A DNA stretch of 64,000 bases, from the NCBI RefSeq assembly GCF_964204645.1, contig NC_134029.1, positions 6,572,001 through 6,636,000 of the forward strand. Direction: 5' to 3'. This DNA is from Tubulanus polymorphus. Taxonomy: Eukaryota; Animalia; Nemertea. The position numbers and the translations under genes are program-made. Below, one piece after another: positions 1 through 11,444 of the stretch (its first letter is position 1; each line of letters starts with the position of its first letter). A model generated the notes under the pieces. The model was given only the letters and a program-made list of their open reading frames with translations, searched no databases and was not told where the DNA came from.

Positions 1-73
1 CTGTTCCGTATTGCCGGAATTGCATCAGCTGTTTTACAATTGGCTGAAGACACTTCATGGCAGCGATTGACAT
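1..73 (-). CDS. Probable first coding exon of a gene running off the left edge; N-terminus resembles a mitochondrial presequence
   Basis: Minus strand reads acceptor tttctag|TCTTAC ATG, then an open frame MSIAAMKCLQPIVKQLMQFRQYGT. It is basic/hydrophobic with no acidic residues and has an RxY cleavage-like motif. Head-to-head with HSCB. Only 24 codons are visible. Confidence 0.45.
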   Translation of the reverse strand, partial: MSIAAMKCLQPIVKQLMQFRQYGT

Positions 74-1061
74 GTAAGACTAGAAATACGATCAAACAGC
101 CCACAAGCCAAGAGTCAGAGTAAGAGAGTTTCTCCTAATACTGAACTGTGAATAAATGGCAATCAATGCAGTCCACCTTCACTCTTCGTGTTATTACGTA
201 ATCAATGTTTCGAAAAGTAACACTAATGTAATAGATGCAGTTTTTTCCTTCTCAAAAAGAATCAATATCGAACAATCAAACCGAAGATTTACCAAATGCT
301 AAAACGATGGTGGTGATTTTACGTAACTTTTGAGGCGAAGTCGATTGAACTGTGTGTGTGTGTGTATAGCCTACGTGCCAAGAAGAGGAAATGACACTAA
401 AAGCGTCCAACATCTGAGCCAGGTTCTAATCGTCTTGAGTCGTGACGAATCCGCGACGTTTTATGTTTATGTTTGTGATGTTCGTTTGCGTGTTCATCCA
501 GCCACAACTCGACGAGAACAATCTGAATTCAGCCAAAAAAGTGAATACACCACAAAAACCGATCTGTTTACATCCAAGTTGCCGTTAATTCCAATACTGT
601 GGAGACCACGGACAAGTGAAGCACGCATGCGTATTTTTCAGTATAGTCTCGAATCCCGCTTTTTCATACATCGGAAACCCATTTTTCATTTTAACACTTG
701 TTTGATTGGCGTTTTCAGCACTAAAGATCGTGTGGTTTGTTAAATAGATTGTTTGCTTATTGTTATCGAGGATTATCATTATAACTAATGAAGAAAGCTA
801 TCATTATAATTTTCGGATTCGAACCTAGAAATCGGAACTGTTAGATATAGCTTTTAGCTCGAAACTATTTTACGAAATGACTACATACTCAATAAACTGA
901 CTAGTTCGGCATAACCGAAATATTCACCACTGAGATTTATTTTCTGTATGATTTTTATTAAAATATTAAATAAGATACTGAAATAATACTACATTTATTG
1001 ATAGTAACCATAATGATGGCTTTCGTCGTCTAGTGTACTGATTCTAAATTTATGAGTAATC

Positions 1062-1072
1062 AAGATGGCAGC
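1062..1072 (+). promoter_or_regulatory. YY1-like motif overlapping the HSCB start codon
   Basis: AAGATGGCAGC versus YY1 consensus AAGATGGCGGC, a motif common at housekeeping-gene starts. Confidence 0.35.
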
Positions 1073-2382
1073 GCCCATGAAATATATTCAATTTTGCAAA
1101 AAATCTTGTTTAAATGTGTGTTTTAGTACGCTGAGAGTCAGTAGATCATTTACATCAGTGGCTGTCAACTCGACATTCCTCGAAGATTGCGGTAAATCAA
1201 AATCGAACTGTCAAAACCTGTCAAAACGTCAAAATCATCCGTTACAATGCCGATTCCTATGCCCTTACGTAACCATGTCCGAGCGTCAGTGCTGGAAATG
1301 CGGGCGTCACAACGGTGCTGCGAAGAAGGAAACGTTCTTTTGTAAATGCGGAGTCATCCAAGAGGTTCCCGATGATATAACGTATTTCGATGTGATGCGT
1401 TTGGAAAGGTCTTTCGTTCTTGACACGCAAGAATTAATCTCAAAGAAAAGGCACTTACAGAAGGAACTTCACCCTGATCGATACGGACAAAAAACGGATG
1501 TAATTATCAGAAGTGAACTGACCTAGAAAGTTAAAATCTGTTTTAATTTGAAAATGGCTTTAAATAAATTGATAAGATGGCTCATTCGATGGCTTGAAAT
1601 AGATACATTCCTCTTGGTGAGATTGTGGTTTAGTGATAGTTTTTTCATAAACCATAAGCCAACCCAATTAATTATCAATTAGCACCAGCAATAAGCAATT
1701 AGACTAAAAATTCCTGGGGTGGTCTATCATAGCCAAAGCATGTACACAATACAAAACAAATAGAAACAATGAACAGAAGTAGAAAATATATCATATCATA
1801 TGATTATTTACCATCAAAGAAGGCCATAGGCCTGCGAGCAGCCTCTTAGTCTTGTTTATGTTAGCTAGGATTTATGGCAATTTATAGAAAATGTTGCGCG
1901 CTGTGGGCTTTCCTTGTTTCACCTTCAGAAATGCTCTATGGGCCTTCAAATTACTATTTTGATTGTTAATTATTAGGCCTGAATTTTCATTTCAGATCGA
2001 ACAAAATTTGTCCATTCAGCAATCTACATTAGTCAATGAAGCATTCAAGACGCTAAGCGAGCCGCTGTCTCGAGGACTTTACTTGTTAGGCTTACACGGA
2101 GAATCGATCGAGGAAGGGTCCACGGAAATGAAACCGGATTTTCTGATGGAGATCATGGAAATCAACGAAGACATCAGCGCTATCGAAACCGACGCTGAAG
2201 CCGTTGCGTTGAACAAGAACAATAAATCGGCGATGGAAAATCTCATTGGTAAAATAACGAAAGCGTTTAACGCCGAGGATATTCTACTGGCGAAAGAGCT
2301 TCTCGCGCGATTGCAGTATTACGAAAATATCAGCGTAAAATTAGGCGAAGTTATGATGAATCGGGGAATTGTTGTTAAATAG
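1065..2382 (+). CDS. HSCB: Mitochondrial Fe-S cluster co-chaperone HscB/Hsc20 (J-domain protein), about 273 aa
   Basis: Exon 1 1065-1499 (GAT|gtaatt) and exon 2 1996-2382 (ttcag|ATC) join in phase 0. Contains presequence, CWKC...FFCKC metal motif, J-domain HPD (LHPDRY), VNEAFKTLSEPLSRGLYLL and FLMEIMEINE, which match HscB/Jac1. Confidence 0.96.
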
Positions 2383-3500
2383 TGCCAATGAATTATATGA
2401 TTATGATTTGTGAATTTCATTTAATCCGTAATTTATGAATTTGAATACTCTGTATATATTTTTCTTGATTTTGAGAATGTGTTTAGAATAGATTTTATTG
2501 ACCTTTTGAGAGGTTAGTTATGCCTAGTATGATAATGTTTGTATAAAACGTCGTGGGTTATGATGGGGTTAAACGTTTTTAAGAATGAATTGTGTAGACT
2601 TTGAATTCATTTCATCGAATATACATTGTGATATGTAAAAACCAAGTAATAAAATGTTTAAATGATATGTTCTTTTACTTTCTGACCTTATGCATATCTG
2701 TTTCCTGCTAACTCGGGATTCAAAGGTCGAGAGTTGCCACAAAGAGCTTCATTGGGACATTTACGTATATCATGCACTGGAGGAATAAGTCCATGATTCA
2801 AATTCATTCCATTTAAAACACAGCTTCGGAGTGCTTCAGAATGTTCTTGTTAATGTTTTGAGGATATGTAGAAAAATCTCGACCGAATTATTTTCTATTT
2901 TACATATTTGACGGTGTTGGTGCCCGATTCATCGGATTTGATAAGTCAATAAATCCATTATCCATGAGGCGGCAGTAAAATAGATTGCCTGCAATACTTG
3001 AAACGCGATGTCGTAATTCAATCGATGCTGTAAAAATTGATCTCATCGAAATATTGGAAAATATCATATTTCGGCGACGGCATACCGTACTTCTTACTGC
3101 AACCGCTCGGGAAAGAGGTTTGCTACTTTCAGAGTTGCCGCACCGACCGGTGTTGACAATAAAATAGAATAAAGTGTAAATGGGCGTCCCATATATATTT
3201 TGATATTCAAATCTCCGTAGCCTCTCGGCGTATGTCATACGATGAACTTATAATAGCTGAAATCAGGGACACTAGACGAGAACTTGTTCTCATCCATTAT
3301 CGTTCTAGTGTCCCTGATGTCAGTGTTCTGGTGATAAAGTATGTGTATGATGGAAACCGAATAGCGAAGGATGAAATAGCAATATATACATGCGACAAAA
3401 ATGACAATAATTCCGAATAAGCCAAGACTCTTTCACAAAATAAAACAATAAGAGAAATACATACGGGAATAAGTAAATGAACCGATTTGCGATGTTCGAG

Positions 3501-3710
3501 CAGGGGTCGATCCAGGGGGACTTGTGAGGCTTGTGTCCACACAAGTTTTTTTTAGAAAATTGTCACCATAGAACAGCTGGGGTGTACTATTTGATTTAGC
3601 CCCTCAGCGTGGAGTGACCTAATATTGCCTTTTTGGACACCAAAGACCCCTTGGATGTGTTGTTAAGGATGTGAAGAGTTCTTCTAAATCAGACCCTGAA
3701 TACGCCCCTG
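3501..3710. mobile_element. Degenerate CAGGGG...CCCCTG MITE
   Basis: Termini caggggtcgatccag / ctgaatacgcccctg; same family as 4359-4675. TSD not preserved. Confidence 0.55.
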
Positions 3711-4358
3711 TCTGGGGTAAAACATACAATCATATGCATTATACAAAGCCATCTTTAGGAGGGGAGTCCCGTCCAAAATGGATCTAATAAATCGCGGGGT
3801 CTAAGATAAGAACAGTCGTTATAGTTTAGCGATTAAGACCACTGAATTATTCATTTTTCGAAAATATAGGTTATCTGAATGTAGCGATACCACCCGGCTA
3901 GCCATGGTCAGAAAATGTGAAGAATAATTTTGCTGAATTGTGTGTAAATATGTACAATTAAATCTGGCGCATAATGTTAAGGACGTAAATATCCGGGTTA
4001 TTATCGCCGTACCCTGATATCCTGACAAAGTGATGAATAGTAATTAACAGTGAATTAAGGCGACTCGAGCTCGTTAGCAAGTTCCTGACATCAGATGAAC
4101 GATGATGATTAGAACGATGCAATCGTTTTCGCAAACTGCTCCATATTTAGTTAACTGTAGGTGATTAAAGGTATGTAACAGCACCATCGTACGGTTTGTG
4201 AAAACATCAGCTGCATTTTACTATGCTTCGTCGAAGTATTCAGATTCTCTTCATCCATTATCATTTTCCTATGAAATGATACGTATGTAAAAAGTTCCCC
4301 GTGTTCATTGCAGATAAATAAATGCCCTGTGCTATGTGAAAATGTCTTCATCTCATCT

Positions 4359-4675
4359 CAGGGGCAGATCCATGGCACATATGGCGGGGTAGCACCTGAT
4401 GTAAAAGGGCAGTAATTATTGTTAAAAGGCACTTTTCACGAGAGTCGAGCGCCAAAGGGGGGGGGGGGGTGGTGTGGGTCCTCCCCCAGGAAAATTGTGA
4501 AAATATGTTGCAATTTCCCAGCATTAAAGCTTCTTTCAACCAAGGAAAAACATTTCATGGGTCTTTTAACGCCTTGGGTAGTACTGAATTTTTTATGGGA
4601 ATGATTTTCGTAGGCCAACTGAAAACCTATAGAGGGTAGCCGTGCCCCAGGTGCTACCCCATGGATCCGCGCCTG
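4359..4675. mobile_element. MITE with CAGG...CCTG TIRs and 5-bp TSD (hAT5-like)
   Basis: TIRs caggggcagatccatgg / ccatggatccgcgcctg; inner inverted ggggtagcacctg / caggtgctacccc; exact flanking direct repeat CATCT at 4354-4358 and 4676-4680. Confidence 0.8.
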
Positions 4676-5661
4676 CATCTAAGCAGGGCGGTGGTTCACT
4701 CCGACCTCCCCAATCTAATTAAGGTAACATCCGTCATACACGATAAACAGGCGCTGAAAATATAAATATATATAATCAAAAACGCTACCGAGAACGAATT
4801 CGAATAAACCGTTTTTCTGTCGCCATGTTCTTAACCCCGGATACGTTTAAATGAATCCGTCGTGAAATGATGACGGAACGGTTTTTTCTGTATGGAGAGC
4901 ACCTGTCGGATTTAATCCGCAGATCCGCCCCGAACAAATCGCTACAAATCTGATAACCGTGTAAACCGAATCAAAATTAATCATTTTCCAGTTCGCTCGC
5001 GCTTGTTTCAACTTAACAACAACAGCGGCCAACGTGAAGAAAAACCAATTTTACGTCTATATTAAATCTGTTTGGATAGAAGGTGGTTCTTAATATCACC
5101 GATCTGATGACATGGTATGATTTTTAAAAGAGGGTACGGAAATACATATCCCCACACTCTACTATACCTCTACACGTCGCACTCGAGTATTTTGACCATC
5201 GAAGACATGGACACGATCATCGGTGAGATGGAATCGTCACCAAACAAGATCACCGTTCCGACATTGAGTTAAGATTATAGATTTACGATAGTTGAAAATC
5301 TTTATTCCGGAGTATAAATTGTCACATTAACCTGATTTATTTAACACTGAGTTCATGATCTTGGAATATAACACTGATATAGTCGTTATCCTTTCATGAA
5401 AACACGACCGTTTATCAATTATTTTTCCAAGCCAAATAATGATAATAAATGAATTGACTGCTAATGAATCGCTAGAACAAATCAAATGTCCCCATCACGG
5501 ATCGTTTTGTACCCGTATTTGCATAGTATTAACGATACAGCGTTATCGTCATAATATTATGGATGTGGACGATTAGGTCGTCTTTACCCCGGGATGGATA
5601 ATAAACCAATGTGCGTGTCCGATTTACCATAGAAACACGCATGTTTTGAGATCTCCCGCGA

Positions 5662-5675
5662 GTTGTCATGGAAAC
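5662..5675. promoter_or_regulatory. RFX X-box-like motif
   Basis: GTTGTCATGGAAAC versus consensus GTTGCCATGGCAAC; target gene not identified. Confidence 0.35.
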
Positions 5676-8600
5676 GGGATGATGCTGTATGGCAAATTAT
5701 TACTGCCGAAACAGTGGAGCCAGATGAACAGGGATGTTGCAACAGACAAGATCGGCGCGCGAGGCTGCAACTCCGACCTATTGAAAGCGATATGCTAACG
5801 GAAAAAGGTGTCACGATGATGATAACTGTACACGCAGACGATTCCGTATATCAGCCGGTGCTAGCGAAGCGTGTATTATTTTACTAGAAATAATTGACTT
5901 ATCGCACATTACTGAGATAACATCGCATCAGTTGGTTTTTTCCTAGAGTTTAATCAGACGGAATAATCATTTACGCATACTTTAGTTAAGACAGTGAATT
6001 GCTCAGCATTTATCTGTTAATGTTCACTTTGATGACACAAAATAGACTCGCGCCGAACATGGAATACGCACTTTGAATAGATAACATATAAATCATTTAG
6101 GAAAATACGTATTTCATTGAATTTTCTGTTCTTTACGAAAAAGAGAATTCCGTACGTATATACGTGTTGCGAATGGAAATTTGGATCTTAAGAGCAGAAT
6201 CCAGAATATACAGCTGTCGATGATCAAAGAAATTCATTTTGGAGAATTATTTGAGTAAGACCACCACGAGTGTTAAGTAAATAGTAAAACAACGAAAACC
6301 GGCTCGAAGAATCTTCATATAGGCATAAGTGTAATTTCGTCCGGATTATTAACTTACCAAACTAACAGAACGGATTATTCTTATCACATATACTACTTTG
6401 AAGGTAAGAACATTATTATCAGATGCAGACTCTCGATCAATATGTAATAATCACGAATGCGGACCGCTTCGGGATTATTTCTTTTAGAAAAACTGTTTTT
6501 CCATTCCCTTTTATATATCAACAGCAAAACGCAAAATTCTCCAGACATTTGGCTTCAAATGCCCCGTGTAGGACCCATCACGACATGGATCTAATATTCT
6601 ACGTATATGATTCATAAACCATAAGCGCAGTTGGACATATACTGTAGATTCGTTACATTTTTAAAAATCACTGTATAAACATTCTACAAGAATTTCATGC
6701 AAAGGATGATCTCATATCATATATACTTCCGAAAATTATTATCAATATTATAGTAACTACATCCTTGTGTATCCAAAAATGCCTTCTTAGTCGAGCGGCA
6801 GCTGAAGATATCTAAAACAAGTACAGAGTGGTTTTTGAGCATTTTACAATGTTTCGTTTACCATTCCAGGCTTTGGCTTTTATCCGAATCGCTTGTCATT
6901 CTTATTCGCCCACAGGCTTTTTTTAAGTTTTTGAGCAATTCCTATATATGTCTATTGAATAATGATAAAAAATCTCAATCATTTAAGCTACCGTCACTGT
7001 GACAGTTGAACAGCTTTTATTTGTTTAGGTAATTTTAGTTCATCTAATGGTTTTGTCAACAGGTAATCGAAATGTCAACTAGTGCAGTTAATAGATTAGT
7101 TTTTTTGTTTCCAAATTCTACAAATTATCTGCGACGGAAATCATATTATGGAAACACGAACAAATAGAAACAACGACAACATGAGCAAGCGTGATTTTTG
7201 TCACCAGCGCTACTAATGATATACAAACACGATGTCATAATGGCAAACATTTTTCGACACAAAATCACGAATAATGCCAAACTATGCTGGACATCGGCGT
7301 TGCCGGTTCATCATTATAATGTATATACGCGTGCGCGCGATAATCGTCAGGAAGAAATGATGCAGAAACATTGATAGATTTTCATCAATTATTGAAACTG
7401 TAACGTTATAAATATGTGCGCACGAGGAAACGTGCTCGTAGAGATATCAATCCGATATCAATTAACGACGTCTAATATAATCACCCATCACGAAATCGAG
7501 CCACACTCGAAACTAAGTTCGTATGTATATATTATCTATCCACAACTGAAATGAAATTTTTGCCATGCTGTTTGATACACAAAAAGGACGGTACCCAGAA
7601 TCTGATGCAAATCCCGATTTCTGAAAAATAGGTTTATAAGATGTATGATTATTATGATTGTACTGCAGATCATGATGTAGGGCTGAATTTATGACGAATA
7701 TCACGTCCCCTGATTGTTACGCCTTTCACCCCGGCATCCCAAGGATAACGATGACCTTTTTCTCACTACTATCAGTTTCAAATTTCAGAGGAAAGTTACA
7801 TTATATGATAACAACCTATACGTATCAGTTCATCAAAACGACTAGATTAACCATATTCCCAGATTTCATAGAGATAGTCGTGAAAATTAACAAAATACTT
7901 CAAATTCTAAAGTTGTTATGCCGCGGAAGAATAGCGATCCTTGAAAAAAAGGCCGAATAACAGTGGTTCAAATACATGAACTGATGTTGACACTAACATC
8001 AGTTCCATATGCTTGATCTTTATTGATGAACGCTCTTCTCGGCGGCAGATGACGACTGAACATGTCTCGAAGATCGGGTCTCAAACATCAGATCGGGCGC
8101 GTCGTGCGGTAAAGGAAATGGTCGTTTGCGGCTAATATTGACACCACCGACAGCAAGAGATAAAACGATCACACAGACGATCTGAAACGATCGACGTCTT
8201 GACTCAGATGATCGACAATTTGCGTGCGCATGAAGTCAGCCTACAAAACAACAATATTCGCAATAAATTCACAGTCCTTAGATTCGATCATCTGATTTTA
8301 GGTGAAGTGTTTGTTATTAATAATCAAATATTTTTTGAACGATCTATGAAAATATATTGCAGTTGTATACGACCATCAATAGTTGATTAGCAAGAATTTG
8401 CTTATCTTTCAATAAAGATGTTGGATAGATTTCCTAATGTTCGATACCGAAAACATTGTATACGTAGATAGTATACATGTATGTAAATGGATGGAGTTGT
8501 TGACAGATTTTAGTTGATTTTGTGATTTATAGCTTTTTCATTATTCTCATAATACTACACGGTCTCCAGAGGTCGCCTATCGCATTGAATGCTGAGAAAT

Positions 8601-10705
8601 TGTCACACTTGTGTACGAGTATATAGTTTATATACATCATATATACGGACCGTAAATGACATGAGCTGAACGAACTTAACAACGCATACATTTCTTATGG
8701 CCACTTCTATCAGCACACATCTTACTGCGGATTAGCGGGTAAGATCTAGTGTGGTTTGGATGAAGGATCGTCACCGCAATCACGGTAAACCCTGCTGATA
8801 GACACACGCACAACTAACAAATCATATTTACCAAGTAATAAACAGAGCCTTGTCACTGGTACGTCAGCAGTTGCAATCAGACGACGGTCCTTGCCAGTAA
8901 TATGAAACCACTGAATAGCATTCGTAAAAACCAACGATAAGCGCAGGTCGGAAAATGTCAGAGTGACAACCACTCATCATTTCCTCACGTTGATTTTTTT
9001 TCTGAACGGGAATTCTACTAGGAAGCGTTTGCGATATTAACATAACTCGATCCTTTAAAACAGATCTTCGTAGTTCAAGAAAAAAGGCAATACTTTGCAA
9101 CGTATTTCCACGCATAGAAACCTCATAAGCCTGTAAACATGTAAGGTTCAGCGAAGTGAAGTTGAGATTTCCGTCTCGACTGTTAAATCGCTCGACCATA
9201 GGGAGACAGCCACTGAACTGTTGAAAAGATAAGAAACCCCGATACGTTCGTAAACGGGAAATTTAAGCCTGTAATATGATCGTGAAATATTACGATTCAT
9301 TTCGTATTACCCATCCATAGCGAGGATCGCGGAAAAATCACTTCGCCGATAAATCTAATTTTATATGGCGAATGTGCTAAGGTCGATAGTAGAATACGAA
9401 ATTCTCGTTTCTATCGATATGACATTTTGAAATATGAGAATATTTCCTTTCGGATTGTCGAAAAGTCGAAATCCCACGTGAGAATCGAGACGACGAACAA
9501 CTTTCTCTACTTCGCTCTTTCGTTCTCTATCTCTCGCCTCAAAACTGATTTATTACCGATGATGTAAATATCAGTAATTGGTCGTTAGGGCATAAATTCG
9601 CTCTCAGGTAATTGTATCAGGTAATTACATCGTAATAAACAGATTTCTCGGATTGTTTTATACGTCATTTATCAATACCGGCGCGCTTTATCAACATCGT
9701 CTGCAAATATAATCGTTTCTCGTTTGTCGCTTGGTTTTTTTACGTCGTTAACTCAAACTGGATCTTGGCTGTATATGCCGCGTGTCTAATCCCTCAAGAA
9801 ATGAGCCACTAGTCTAAAATCACCGTGGAATCGCATAATGATTTGTTTCATTATCAATTATCTTATTCATAACGTTGTTAGCTCTACCAAAACCTATCTA
9901 TTCTACATGCAGCGATTAATTAGACCATTATTCTCAGATTTGCGTACGAATTTTTAGTTTTGCCTCAAAAATAATTCACAATATTGAAGAAATGCTAGGT
10001 GATAGAATCTAATAATGTCAAATGGGTTTTTAGGGAGTTGAATTGTACGGTCTCTATATAGTCGAATATAATATGTCTACTAGGATAAGTTCAAGGTCTA
10101 GTTCTTGTTGTCGATGGTATAGATATTAGCAAACGGACATTTTCTCGAGTTTTATCTTGCCCGGGTTCTATATTCCCCGCGGGTTTCATGTTCGGGGGAT
10201 GTGACCGCGGCTAACCATGGCCTTACTGATAGCACGGAGCATTAGCTAATGGTATCACCTCAACTCATTCCCTGCCAAATTTTTCTATTCAAAATTCATT
10301 AGGCAGTGTAATGGTGTTATATACTAACCTGTAATTTGCCCCTGAATTGTGTCATTTGTAAGGTAGTTTCGTCGAATCCTTTCGGAGTCGGGATCGACCG
10401 AGGATATATCCATGTCTTCACATAAATGAAAATGATCAGAAGTCTAACTGAGGGGCAGTTCTATCTCAAGTAAAAAGGCACCTTTTAGCTGTTATAAAGA
10501 GCACTTTCCTATTGAAAAAGGACAAATCTTAAATATAAAATGCCCGGGTACCCTGAATCAATAATTTGATAACGGATTACTTTTCCTAAAAGAAGACGAA
10601 AATAGTGTCCAAATTTCGAAAAAAATCTTGACCCAAACTTTTTTACATTGAGCCTCAGGTGACCTTTTGAGGGGCACTTTGAAGATTTGATGGGGTTTAT
10701 TCTCC

Positions 10706-11444
10706 GATTACGATTACGATTACGATTACGATTACGATTACGATTTTATTTACACTCCAACCATTTCCATGGTATATGGAGGAAAACTATTACACATGTA
10801 TATACAAATATTTACAAAACAACACTGAAGTGGTTAAAATTTAGAGAATGAAAACGTAACAAAATATATATACATCAACTATTTACAATACTATATATAC
10901 TATTGGAGGGATCTATATACATCTAAGCCGGTCTTATTGAATTTAGCTTATTTGACCGTTGGGTTTTTCAGAATATCAAGGGTATTAAAGGTATTCAAAT
11001 TCAAATAGTTTTTACGGGGTTCGTTAAGTAAGGTACAGTCAAACAGAAAATGGGATTCGTCACCTAAAGTGTTACAAGTGGGGCATATTCTATCGGCTCT
11101 GTCTAAATGAAGGTTTGAAAATTTGTTCACAGGTAAAACATGGGACCCGACCCTAAATTCAAATAAACTAGTTCCTAAGTCATCACCAAGTTCTATTATA
11201 TACTTCTCTAACCTAATATCATTTTTTAATATTGCCTAAAGTTAGTGTATATCGGATTAGTATCTATGGCAGATACGGTTTCTTGAAGGTGCTGGTCACG
11301 GAGTATCTGTTTTATTCGTTTTGAAAAAGATTTACTGTTAGTCATGAATTGCTGCGTCCAAATGCAGGACAAACCACAGTCATCAAAGGTTTTCTTTATA
11401 TATATATATATATGATAACCAAGGGCTCTTAAATTCATCCCCAA
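10706..11444 (-). mobile_element. 5'-truncated, frameshifted non-LTR retrotransposon (RTE-X/L2-like ORF2 C-terminus) with hexamer tail
   Basis: Minus-strand peptide pieces DCGLSCIW...KQILRDQHLQE, LEKYIIEL...FEFRVGSHVLP and RICPTCNTLGDESHFLFDC (C-terminal Zn knuckle typical of these LINEs). AATAAA then (GTAATC)n tail, read as (GATTAC)~6.5 at 10706-10745 on +. Confidence 0.85.

Noticed and set aside
330-779. 137-aa + and 64-aa - ORFs upstream of HSCB
   Set aside because: No recognisable domain, the longer one has a non-ATG start, and both lie in the probable promoter/5' intron region.
5206-5271. Short ORF MDTIIGEMESSPNKITVPTLS as an upstream CNG coding exon
   Set aside because: Available donors give phase 1, but exon 34055 needs phase 2; no other support.
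7978-8005. Hairpin containing ctgatgttga, similar to the 3' end of miR-21
   Set aside because: 11-bp stem is too short for a pre-miRNA and the seed is absent.
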